From: a virus
Lineage: Duplodnaviria; Caudoviricetes
Virus record (IMG/VR): IMGVR_UViG_3300013947_000019
Location: 32,001-96,000 of that record
Direction: 5' to 3' (one strand)
Length of the DNA: 64,000 nucleotides
The notes beneath the pieces were generated by a model that worked only from the letters and a program-made list of their open reading frames with translations, made no database searches and had not been told where the DNA came from. Of this stretch, positions 11,022 through 19,991 are shown piece by piece. The number at the start of each line of letters is the position of its first letter. Position 1 is the stretch's first letter. The translations under genes were made by a program, and so were the position numbers.

Positions 11022-11033
11022 AACATTACTATA
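11022..11033 (+). promoter_or_regulatory. Late promoter of the holin pair
   Basis: AACATTACTATA (AACA-N6-TA). Confidence 0.65.
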
Positions 11034-11057
11034 CTAGGAGATTAATAGAAAGGAGGA

Positions 11058-11516
11058 TTGATTCCTATGGCTAAGAAAAATAAAGAGATCGATATGGCAC
11101 AAGAACTTCTTGCTAAGAAGAAGAGACAACTACGTAATGAACGTATCAGAGAAAGTCTTGCTGCTAATTTAATGAGTACAACTAAACAGCTTGTTTGGTT
11201 ATTTTCTATTAATGGTATTTTATGGATCTGGTGCTCTTATGTACTAGCATTTATGGATAAAGTACAGATTGCTGAGAGCCTCTCTAGTAATGTATGTACA
11301 GTTGTTCTTGGTCAGCTTGGTATGTACCTAATCACCAAGACTGTGGAGAACGTCTTCCGTTATAATAATTTCGGAGGTACATCTTTATATACTGCCGACA
11401 ATCAAAATGTCGAAGTAAATAATACTTTTACAGAAAGTGAGGAAATGAATAATGGAACAGAAGCAGACCAATACTGTAGTGGAGGAGACCAAGTCGACCC
11501 AGGCTCCTTGGTATAA
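11058..11516 (+). CDS. Holin-like membrane protein
   Basis: Two hydrophobic segments (LVWLFSINGILWIWCSYVLAF; VCTVVLGQLGMYLI); ATG 11067 is the likely start; overlaps the next gene. Confidence 0.5.
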   Translation: MIPMAKKNKEIDMAQELLAKKKRQLRNERIRESLAANLMSTTKQLVWLFSINGILWIWCSYVLAFMDKVQIAESLSSNVCTVVLGQLGMYLITKTVENVFRYNNFGGTSLYTADNQNVEVNNTFTESEEMNNGTEADQYCSGGDQVDPGSLV

Positions 11517-11814
11517 GAAGTTTACCTCCCGTAAGTTCATCATGGCCCTGATCGGTGTAATTACTGGTATCTGTGGTATGATCGGTTTCAGTGACAATAC
11601 GACTGCAGTGATCGCTTTCATTGCTATCGAGATTTTATCCCTGGCCGGTTATATCATTGCTGAGGGTGTCGTTGATGCTAAGGCTGTGAAGACAGGTGCT
11701 ACGATTCTGCAGGAGATTGCAGACATCATTGCTGCACTGATGGATCATAAGGAACCAACTGTTGATCCTGATGGTGGTACTCATGATGATACGATGAAAG
11801 ATTTGGATGAATAA
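11452..11814 (+). CDS. Phage holin
   Basis: KKFTSRKF followed by two TM segments and YIIAEGVVDA, the pattern of Firmicutes phage holins. Confidence 0.7.
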   Translation: MEQKQTNTVVEETKSTQAPWYKKFTSRKFIMALIGVITGICGMIGFSDNTTAVIAFIAIEILSLAGYIIAEGVVDAKAVKTGATILQEIADIIAALMDHKEPTVDPDGGTHDDTMKDLDE

Positions 11815-11817
11815 AGA

Positions 11818-11841
11818 TGGGAGGGCAAATTTGCCCTCCCA
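11818..11841. terminator. Bidirectional terminator hairpin between convergent genes
   Basis: TGGGAGGGCAA-AT-TTGCCCTCCCA. Confidence 0.75.
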
Positions 11842-11845
11842 ATTC

Positions 11846-12526
11846 TTATTTCTCATAATGAATCTTATACCCAGATTCTGGAACCATGCACTTAGCTTCA
11901 TAATAAATTTCATTCGTGGTACAATCTTCATTATATGTAAGTGTTAGTGCTAATCCACCAGACATGATATTCTTAGCAATCTTATCAACAAGACCAAGTC
12001 GCATCAGATAATTCAGACAATATGAATATTTCTGATCAATACCAGGTAACGTTTTCATCTTAGCTGTAGCTTCATCATCCATCGTTGTTCTACCACAAAC
12101 AACAATAAAATTTAATGGATTATTGTGTGTTTCTTGCATAGTTTCACAGGAGACGGATGACGACCCGGGGAAGCACATATTTCGAGCAAATGAGAACATA
12201 TGGTCATCATGAAGTGCCCTCCTAAGGCCTTTCTGAACCTCTTTATAGTACTCTTCACTCTTTTGCATCTCAACATGAATCTTATCATGCTCTGCTTGCA
12301 GTCGATCATTTTCTGATTTCAATTCTTCCATTGTAACCAGATTCATAGCATTAATTCGACCTCTACAAATATTCAACTCTTCAGTTAATTGATCCGTGCA
12401 GGTTTGCAATTTCTTGATTTTATCGTCATAATCTGTAATGCGCGCAAAATGTTCATCTGCATCAATCACAACAAATCCATGACGCTCTAAGAATTTTCTG
12501 AACCACTTAATTAATAGTTTAATCAT
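11846..12526 (-). CDS. Hypothetical coiled-coil protein
   Basis: 226 aa with SD GGGAG; heptad-rich N-terminal half. Confidence 0.65.
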   Translation of the reverse strand: MIKLLIKWFRKFLERHGFVVIDADEHFARITDYDDKIKKLQTCTDQLTEELNICRGRINAMNLVTMEELKSENDRLQAEHDKIHVEMQKSEEYYKEVQKGLRRALHDDHMFSFARNMCFPGSSSVSCETMQETHNNPLNFIVVCGRTTMDDEATAKMKTLPGIDQKYSYCLNYLMRLGLVDKIAKNIMSGGLALTLTYNEDCTTNEIYYEAKCMVPESGYKIHYEK

Positions 12527-12561
12527 ATAAATTACTCCCTTCTTTATTTTTATAGTACGAT

Positions 12562-13091
12562 TGCTCCAGGTCGCCCTGGAGCATAACTTAACCTATGATT
12601 AACGAGTGAAGTAGCAAAAGACAGAGGTGTATGTCATGGTACCTTATGCAGTGAAAGGAGATATCTACAATGAGCGATGTAGATTTATCATTGGAGGTCG
12701 GTTAAGTTTTGGTATCGTACTGAGGCAAGCCTCACCGGAGATAGAGATGAAAAATTATTCGCACATCCATTCCAGGTATTCCCTGATTTGGATGATATAA
12801 AAATGGATATTATCTGAAGAACCATCACTTCAGTAATACCCTTGGATGAGGTGTCCAATGATGATAAATATCAGATACTTGGCAGTTATAGATATAAGAG
12901 TTATGGGAAGTGGTGGAGTCTCTTATACCTGAGGTGGAATATCTGATATCATAAGTAATCCAGTATCCTTGTTAGTACTCAACAGATGGTTAGGATCAAC
13001 CGATTACTGGGAAGGAGGACTTAATATAGGTGAAATCAAATGTACTTTGTGGAGGTATACAACATGATTCGGTGGTGAATACCAAGCCCTC
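12562..13091 (-). ncRNA. Candidate ~530-nt structured non-coding RNA carrying an array of SD/start-codon units (strand uncertain)
   Basis: No ORF of 60 aa or more in about 650 bp; minus-strand late promoter AACAATTTTATG at 13091-13102; bounding hairpin at 12562-12583; many internal stems; 22-nt identity to the RBS/start of 35509..36141. Confidence 0.5.
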
Positions 13092-13139
13092 ATAAAATTG
13101 TTAGTATATGTATAAAAATAAAATAATGAGAAAGAATTT

Positions 13140-13168
13140 GCCCGGGAGAGTAGTATCATCTCCCGGGC
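13140..13168. terminator. Terminator hairpin downstream of nrdG
   Basis: GCCCGGGAGA-GTAGTATCA-TCTCCCGGGC. Confidence 0.75.
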
Positions 13169-13174
13169 TTATCT

Positions 13175-13702
13175 TTATGGTAACTTGTACAGAGTTGGAT
13201 ATCCACTTTCTCGAGTCTTCTGCAGATCAATGATACGTTGATTACTGCTACCTCTAAAACGAAGGGATATATCTTTTAACTCTTCTACAAAACGACCATC
13301 TACCAATACATCAAATGGTTTAAGCATTTCATCCATTCTTGAATTATATGCACGACAAGTCGGGTTATGAAGTTCCTCATAAGTAAATCCAGTATATAAC
13401 CAGAAATTTTTATCAGGGTGATTTGCCTTCAAAAACTTAACCAATTCACATACATACATTTGATTCTCTGGTTCCATTGGTTCACCACCAAGAATTGTTA
13501 CACCATCAATATATGATCGATCTAATGCTGCACTGAGATCATATGCAAGTTCTGTTGTTACAGGTTTACCATAATTGAAATCCCATGTACACTCATTGAA
13601 ACAATTCTTACAATGATTCCGACAACCAGATACAAAAAGAGAAATACGGACACCTAAACCATTTGCAATATCACAGTCTTTTATTGCACTATAATGTACC
13701 AT
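13175..13702 (-). CDS. nrdG: Anaerobic ribonucleotide reductase activating protein (radical SAM)
   Basis: DIANGLGVRISLFVSGCRNHCKNCFN (CxxxCxxC), LGGEP, LVDGRF...FRGSSNQR; lies downstream of nrdD. Confidence 0.97.
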   Translation of the reverse strand: MVHYSAIKDCDIANGLGVRISLFVSGCRNHCKNCFNECTWDFNYGKPVTTELAYDLSAALDRSYIDGVTILGGEPMEPENQMYVCELVKFLKANHPDKNFWLYTGFTYEELHNPTCRAYNSRMDEMLKPFDVLVDGRFVEELKDISLRFRGSSNQRIIDLQKTRESGYPTLYKLP

Positions 13703-13717
13703 TAAAAGACCTCCTAA

Positions 13718-13786
13718 TTACAGATGGAGAACTCGATCACGGATCTCTTCTGTTCTTCCCTGATTCCAGTACTGTGTGCCAATGTA
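13718..13786 (-). CDS. nrdD: nrdD exon 2 (YIGTQYWNQGRTEEIRDRVLHL*)
   Basis: Canonical NrdD C-terminus; joins in frame to exon 1 ending ...RRTCG and restores the RTCGY glycyl-radical motif. Confidence 0.92.
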   Translation of the reverse strand, partial: YIGTQYWNQGRTEEIRDRVLHL

Positions 13787-13872
13787 CTTGAACTACCCAT
13801 AGTAACAACCATCCTATGGGAATAGACTATCCCTTGCAAGGGTCCATTATAATTGGTTCCTCATGCCGATAT

Positions 13873-14580
13873 TTATAGTCGTTGCACCTTCTCTTCAACA
13901 TACTTTTCAATTTCTTTAGCTCGATTTTTTGGAATTTTTGGTTTTTCTTTTGGATACCTATATTCTTTGAAGAGAATTTCTTCCGCATACCATCTTGCAT
14001 AATATGCTTCTTCTTCATGTTCATAAGTTCCTAAATGTACCGATTTTCCATGAAGTTTGATTCGCGCAGCCCATTTACCATTATGATCATCAACACCACG
14101 ATAATTACTATTCATCTGGTTTTGAGATTTAGTAATGATGCGCAAATTACATCTTCTATTATCAAGCTTATTGTGATTAATATGATCAACAAATTGATCA
14201 GTACCTAGAATAACTCTATGCATAAATAAAGTAAGCTCATTAGTTCCTTTTATTTTATTCTTTGAATTCTTACTATTATTTATAGCATATCCAGAAGCAC
14301 TCTTTCTCCACTTAGTATATCGAACTTTATTGTAATCTTTGATATCAACCATTGCTTGGTCTACAAATTCACCATTTTTATCAAATAGATCGATATACAC
14401 TACATCATTTTTTATATGTGCAGTATTCGGAGTATACATAGTTCTAGGATTAGTATCAATCGGATGACCATATTTTTTAATTTGTTTATAATGCTTATTG
14501 CAAAGAGTTTGTCCAAAATATGCAATTTTACGATATAGCATTTTTCCACAAACATCACATTGAAAATGATATTCTTTCAT
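13873..14580 (-). CDS. Intron-encoded HNH homing endonuclease with AP2-like C-terminal domain
   Basis: MHRVI...VDHINHNKLDNRRCNLR (HNH_3 type); YRGV...KWAARIK...HLGTY..EEEA (AP2); N-terminal CDVC/CNKH zinc motif. Confidence 0.93.
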   Translation of the reverse strand: MKEYHFQCDVCGKMLYRKIAYFGQTLCNKHYKQIKKYGHPIDTNPRTMYTPNTAHIKNDVVYIDLFDKNGEFVDQAMVDIKDYNKVRYTKWRKSASGYAINNSKNSKNKIKGTNELTLFMHRVILGTDQFVDHINHNKLDNRRCNLRIITKSQNQMNSNYRGVDDHNGKWAARIKLHGKSVHLGTYEHEEEAYYARWYAEEILFKEYRYPKEKPKIPKNRAKEIEKYVEEKVQRL

Positions 14581-14614
14581 ATATACTACACCTCCTTTCT
14601 ATCTTGTTTGAGAT

Positions 14615-14627
14615 ATAGTATATATTT
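14615..14627 (-). promoter_or_regulatory. Early-type promoter inside the nrdD intron
   Basis: AAATATATACTAT on the minus strand, about 35 nt upstream of the HNH start. Confidence 0.6.
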
Positions 14628-14744
14628 AAAATAAATTTATGTTAAAGAGCATGGCTCAGGATTACCCTTTTAGTTTAGTTTATAGGTTCGGGCTTCCCCT
14701 GAATTTCTATCGATTTATAATGCGGCTAAATATAGCACACCTTC

Positions 14745-16847
14745 ACCGCATGTGCGCCTGCAGATGTTCATCGTAGATTGATTTGTATTACCACACTTAG
14801 GACATTTCCAGATTAATTTACCATTCTCATTTGTTACAATATCGATTTCTCCATCCCAGCCACATTCCTGACAATAATCAGATTTAGTGTTGAGTTCAGC
14901 ATACATGATATTATCATAAATAAATTTCATCACATTAAGTACTGCAGGAATATTACCCTTCATATCAGGAACTTCCACATAGCTAATAGCACCACCAGGA
15001 GAGAGCTTCTGAAACTCAGCTTCTTTGGCAAGTTTAGTAAAAGCATCAACTTTTTCATATACCGCGAAATGGTACGAGTTAGTTATGAAATTATGATCAG
15101 TTACACCAGGAATAATACCAAAACGCTCTTTCAAACACTTAGCAAACTTATATGTAGTAGATTCCATAGGAGTTCCATATAAAGAATAAGAGATATTCTC
15201 TGCTGCTCTCCATTCAGCACACTTATCATTCATGTGCTGCATAATCTTAAGAGCAAATTCTTTATTCTCAGGATCCATATGAGACTTACCAGTCATTGCT
15301 ACTACACATTCATGCAGACCAGCATATCCAAGAGAAATAGTAGAATAGTTATTATACAATAACTTATCAATGGTTTCACCTTTCTTCAAACGTGCAAGTG
15401 CACCATATTGCCAAAGGATAGGAGCTACATCAGAAGTTGTACCTTTAAGTCTATTATGTCTGATCTGAAGAGCTCTATGACAAAGTTCAAGTCGTTCATC
15501 AAAAATCTTCCAAAACTCGTCAAAATCTTTATGTGCAGAGAGACCAATATCAACCAGATTAATGGTCACAACTCCCTGATTAAAACGAGAATAGTATTTA
15601 TGTTCACCATTAGGACCAAGACCTTCAGTATCGGGAGTTAAGAAAGAACGACAACCCATACATGGATAAACATCACCATTCTTAAGCTCTCTCATCTTCT
15701 TTGCAGAAATATAATCAGGCACCATCCTTTTAGCAGTACATTCGGCAGCAAGTTTGGTAAGATACCAATAAGGGGAATCCTCATGAATATTGTCTTCATC
15801 AAGAACATAGATTAGCTTCGGGAAAGAAGGAGTAACCCATGCACCAACTTCATTCTTAACTCCCTGAATTCTTTGCTTTAAAGTCTCTTCAATAATCATT
15901 GCAAGATCATGTTTAGTTTGTTGATCTTCTACTTCTCCAAGATACATAAAAGATGTAACAAATGGGGTTTGTCCATTAGTTGTCAACAATGTTAAAATTT
16001 GATACTGAATCATCTGAACACCACGAGTAACTTCCTCATGAAGTCTAGATTCAGTAATCTTATCAATCAGGTAAGTATCATTTGCACTATGCGTATCTTT
16101 CAGCTCCTCGATAACCTTCTTGCGAATCTTCTGACGAGAAATATCAACAAAAGGTGCAAGATGACTCAAAGAGAAGGTTTGGCCGCCATATTGATTAGAA
16201 GCAACCTGTGCAATGATTTGAGTGGTAATATTACATGCAGTAGAGAAAGAATGTGGCTTCTCGATCATAGTACCAGAAATAACGGTACCATTCTGAAGCA
16301 TATCTTCTAGATCAATCAAATCACAATTATGCATTCTCTGTGCTACATAATCTTGATCATGCAACCAAATGATTCCAGCCTCATGTGCTTCTACTAAATC
16401 ATGCGGATATAAATATCGTTTACATATATCTCTAGAAATCTCACCAGCCATATAATCACGCTGGGTAGAATTGATTACAGGGTTCTTATTAGAATTCTCC
16501 TGCTTAGCCTCTTCGTTTGTCTGATCAATGATAGAAAGGATCTTATCATCAGTTGTATTCTTCTGACGGATCTTGCTTCTCTCATAACGATAGGTTATAT
16601 AATTCTTAGCAATCTGGTAGAAACCAAGTTTCATGATTGCTAATTCAACCATATCTTGAATATCTTCTACACCAACAGCATGTCCAAGTTTTTCACATTT
16701 AGCTTGAACTGTAGAAGCAATATCTTTGATATAATCATCAGTCATTCTTGCTGTCTGCGGGACAGTTGCATTTGCTTTACCGATCGCAATTTCAATTTTA
16801 GAAATATCAAAGACTGCTTCAGAGCCATTCCTTTTTATGACATTCAT
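14745..16847 (-). CDS. nrdD: Anaerobic (class III) ribonucleoside-triphosphate reductase, exon 1
   Basis: N-terminal ATP cone (VIKRNG...FDISKI), MHNCDL, CMGCRSF, RFNQGVVTINL, CQECG/CPKCG zinc site; ends at RRTCG before the intron. Confidence 0.97.
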
Positions 16848-16922
16848 GGTTTGTTCATCCTACCTTTCTGTGAAAAATCACAATGTGTATATTCATTTTA
16901 TATCTCGGAAGAGATAAGAATA

Positions 16923-16951
16923 GGATCGGGCATGACTAACATACCCGATCC
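16923..16951. terminator. Hairpin/terminator
   Basis: GGATCGGGCATG-ACTAA-CATACCCGATCC. Confidence 0.6.
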
Positions 16952-16997
16952 ATAAAATTCTTAAAATGTCGCATTACCAACCATTACAAAATAATGG

Positions 16998-17519
16998 TTA
17001 TTTCGTTGTGATAGCATTATATATCTCCGATACAAATTCGCTGGGGGTGGGGAAATTCATATCATATGACATGATGCCATTGGGGTTAAGTGTAATGACT
17101 CGGCTATATACACTAAGTCCATCTTCTGTGCACATAATAATCTCGTAACATGCCTCTGTTTGGGGTTCAGGAGGATGTTTTGGATCATAACGAAACGTTA
17201 ACGTAAATTTATCAATGATATTATTATGTGAATTTTGAACACAACAAACACATTCAGTATAATAGTCAATGCGATTCACACATAATTTTACGTCTGAGAT
17301 AGCTAATGTATGTAGCAAATATTTAACGGAATGGAGGATCGTCTTCCCAGCCTCAAAAAGCTTTGAATAGTCACTTGAGACGCTCGCCCCACTAGATAAA
17401 CCATGAGCCGCACGCGTATGGATAAGTTTATCTGAAAGATATTGAATATCAGCAATTGATAAACTCTCACAGTAGGGTGCGGGTTTCTCTGGAGCATGCA
17501 CCTCGAATAACAAAGACAT
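16998..17519 (-). CDS. Hypothetical protein
   Basis: 173 aa with SD GGAGGTG. Confidence 0.65.
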   Translation of the reverse strand: MSLLFEVHAPEKPAPYCESLSIADIQYLSDKLIHTRAAHGLSSGASVSSDYSKLFEAGKTILHSVKYLLHTLAISDVKLCVNRIDYYTECVCCVQNSHNNIIDKFTLTFRYDPKHPPEPQTEACYEIIMCTEDGLSVYSRVITLNPNGIMSYDMNFPTPSEFVSEIYNAITTK

Positions 17520-17544
17520 GAGAGATCACCTCCGGGAAACTTAC

Positions 17545-17763
17545 TTACTTCTTACCTCTATAGTTAGAGCAGGCCTTGTTCCCACACGGTGACTGACGAC
17601 CACACAGTTCATAACAGCTATGGTGAGAATAGGATTCTTTGACATAGGGTTTGCGAGGAGCTCGTTCCGTAGTATCGCTCATCTGAGGAATAATTTTGCT
17701 TTGTCTTGTTGCAGGAGCAGAAATATTATTGGATTTCTTTTCAGCCAGGTTGGTAATGATCAT
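17545..17763 (-). CDS. Small protein with Cys-rich C-terminus
   Basis: 72 aa, SD GGGTGA, CYELC...C..KAC; late promoter at 17820-17831. Confidence 0.6.
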   Translation of the reverse strand: MIITNLAEKKSNNISAPATRQSKIIPQMSDTTERAPRKPYVKESYSHHSCYELCGRQSPCGNKACSNYRGKK

Positions 17764-17819
17764 TATTATTTCACCCTTCTATCAAAATTTTTTGACCCTT
17801 CAACTCGCTATAGGGGCCC

Positions 17820-17831
17820 TATAATCTTGTT
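17820..17831 (-). promoter_or_regulatory. Late promoter
   Basis: AACAAGATTATA on the minus strand. Confidence 0.6.
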
Positions 17832-17856
17832 TAAGCCAGATTCAATAAATAAAAGA

Positions 17857-17880
17857 GACCAGGAGTTTTATCTCCTGGTC
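17857..17880 (-). terminator. Intrinsic terminator after the RNAP beta' fragment
   Basis: GACCAGGAG...CTCCTGGTC flanked by A/T runs. Confidence 0.7.
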
Positions 17881-17886
17881 ATTCTT

Positions 17887-19101
17887 TTAATCAGTTACAT
17901 ACTTAAGAATATCTTCCTCTTTGATCGTATATGTACCAACTGTCACATTATGCTTTGTTTTCAGTGCAGCATTCAGTGTAGCACCAGACAGAATTGAAAC
18001 AGTCAGACCAATATTGTGTACACCAATATCATATAGACGATCACCCATACATACATTACAGTAATATGGATCTTTTGCATGACAATGAAGAGGTGAACGA
18101 AGTTTACAAACCTTGCCTTTATATTTATCAATTACTTCTGGAGTTAAACAGACAGGTTTACCATTCTCCATAATATATCGATATAAATGCCGGTTTGTAA
18201 TTACTGTCTGAAGAGTATCTGGAGTCTTACAGTCAGAACCTCTTTCCATAAGCTTGACTCTTTGTAAGATTGTATTATACTTCTTACCCATATAACCAGA
18301 GTCCTGTGTAGCAACACCAGAGTTATAAGAAGACGTAACAACAGTATCTGCAATCTTAGGCATATCCTCTTTAGAGATTCCATTATCATATTCAGAAGTC
18401 ACAATCTTATATCCAGTTGGAGATTCTCCAGTATTATCTTTCACTGCACCCTTCATGACAAACATTGTACGATAGTTATTATATGGATCAATTGCACCAG
18501 ACTTGAAGAAAGACAAAGACGGATCATTTCTTTCATTCATCCAATTCATAGCAACTTTTGTAACTTCCTTCTCGATTTTAGAAGATGTCTGAGGATCATT
18601 GGCTTCAATGCCAGCTTTATTCTCAGCAAGTAATTTCTTCTTTAGCGCAGCTGCCTGAGGAGGAAGAGTCATAATATCCGGATTAATAGAAGGATTAATT
18701 AGATGCGCAAGAGGTCCACCGAGTAAGAACTGAAGTCGATCAATATACTCAGCAGCTTGAGCTGGTGTAATATCTTTTTGCATCAATCCATCAGAAATAC
18801 CATCTTCCAATGCTCCCAATTCTTTACTACCAAACGGTTTATTTACATAACCAAAGATCTTTAATGGTTCCAGAATAAACTTATTGAATAGATAGATACC
18901 ACAAGTTGTTGTAGAATTCTCTTTTACAAATGGGGACTGTTCTGGACCAATGATAATCATATCATCTACATGATATTTCGGAGGAGAATCTTTATGCGCT
19001 GCAAACAAATCTGCAAACATTTGTGCAGTAGGATTATGCAAATCACCTAATATTTCAAAGTATGCAGTTTGTAACGGTGTATTACGAATATCACGTGGCA
19101 T
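17887..19101 (-). CDS. Phage multisubunit RNA polymerase, beta' middle/C-terminal fragment
   Basis: Bridge-helix-like TQDSGYMGKK, SDCKT, LRSPLHC, CNVCMG, NIGL (compare TADSGYLTRRL, DCGT, RSPLTC, CYG); no NADFDGD, consistent with a split subunit. Confidence 0.88.
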   Translation of the reverse strand: MPRDIRNTPLQTAYFEILGDLHNPTAQMFADLFAAHKDSPPKYHVDDMIIIGPEQSPFVKENSTTTCGIYLFNKFILEPLKIFGYVNKPFGSKELGALEDGISDGLMQKDITPAQAAEYIDRLQFLLGGPLAHLINPSINPDIMTLPPQAAALKKKLLAENKAGIEANDPQTSSKIEKEVTKVAMNWMNERNDPSLSFFKSGAIDPYNNYRTMFVMKGAVKDNTGESPTGYKIVTSEYDNGISKEDMPKIADTVVTSSYNSGVATQDSGYMGKKYNTILQRVKLMERGSDCKTPDTLQTVITNRHLYRYIMENGKPVCLTPEVIDKYKGKVCKLRSPLHCHAKDPYYCNVCMGDRLYDIGVHNIGLTVSILSGATLNAALKTKHNVTVGTYTIKEEDILKYVTD

Positions 19102-19116
19102 AGTGATTCACCCGCC

Positions 19117-19974
19117 TTACTGAATAAACAGTCGATAGATGAAAGTAATCGTAGATTCAGAATCTTTCAGTTCTTGATTCTCCATATTAAACGTAGTCAT
19201 ACCACGCACATTGAAATACTCTTCATTACCATCCTTATCCGGAAGGGGATAACCAGTAATCAAACCAACAGAGTTAATCAGAGAACGGAGAGTAGAACCC
19301 TCTGTATACTTAAAATACTCACGGATATCACGCTGATCAATCACAGCACGATATTTGGTAAAGACCTTAATGAACTTATCAGGAACCTGAGTGTTGACAT
19401 CAACGGGAACGACAGTACCATCTTCAAACATGACACCAATTTCCGGCTCAATATCAAACTTCTTACCATAGTAATAAGCATACTCACCTTTAACTACCCG
19501 GAGGAAGTACTTCTCTCTATCGGTAGCAGAAAGGTCATTCTCTACAGGGACAACGCGGAAAGGAACAGGACCTGGAACAGATAGTGCAGCACGGTTTACC
19601 TTATATACGGTATTATACGTATCACCAGCTCCGCCGTCACCTACCATGATACCACCAATCTTTTCATAACCAATCGTCTTAGTAGAAACCTCAACTTGAT
19701 CAGCAGTATGAACACCAAGACTGATATCCAATGGAGTGGTCTTAAAAGTAGATCTCATATTATTGGCTTTCTCAGACAGGAACACAGCACCTGTCACAAG
19801 TAGATCATTGTGATCGTGGAGCGTACGAGTAAAGACAACTTTACCATTCTTCTTAGATTCATAAATAACCTGGACATCACCGATAATCTTAGAACCGGCT
19901 TGACCATCATACTCTACATTATTGATAGTGAGAGAATCCCTCACATTTGCGCAGTCATTACCCTTTAATAACAT
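19117..19974 (-). CDS. Putative baseplate/virion structural protein
   Basis: 285 aa, beta-rich; motifs VGDGGAG, VPFRVV and a terminal FIYRL; in an operon with structural and RNAP genes. Confidence 0.5.
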   Translation of the reverse strand: MLLKGNDCANVRDSLTINNVEYDGQAGSKIIGDVQVIYESKKNGKVVFTRTLHDHNDLLVTGAVFLSEKANNMRSTFKTTPLDISLGVHTADQVEVSTKTIGYEKIGGIMVGDGGAGDTYNTVYKVNRAALSVPGPVPFRVVPVENDLSATDREKYFLRVVKGEYAYYYGKKFDIEPEIGVMFEDGTVVPVDVNTQVPDKFIKVFTKYRAVIDQRDIREYFKYTEGSTLRSLINSVGLITGYPLPDKDGNEEYFNVRGMTTFNMENQELKDSESTITFIYRLFIQ

Positions 19975-19991
19975 CGCTCAGCTACCTCCTT

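Larger units (their letters stand above)
13787..14744 (-). mobile_element. Group I intron in nrdD (958 nt) with HNH endonuclease ORF
   Basis: P1 pairs exon UGCGGU with intron GCCGCA, with U.G at the splice site; R-like GCAACGACUA and S-like GAUAGUC elements; terminal G at 13787. Confidence 0.9.

Noticed and set aside
12562-13102. CRISPR mini-array, tRNA, tmRNA or RNase P RNA
   Set aside because: No identical direct repeats at regular spacing, no T-loop/CCA cloverleaf, no GAGGAAAGUCC; an Rfam scan is still needed to exclude large ornate RNA families.
16848-16920. NrdR box upstream of nrdD
   Set aside because: Only a poor partial match; no tandem palindromic boxes.
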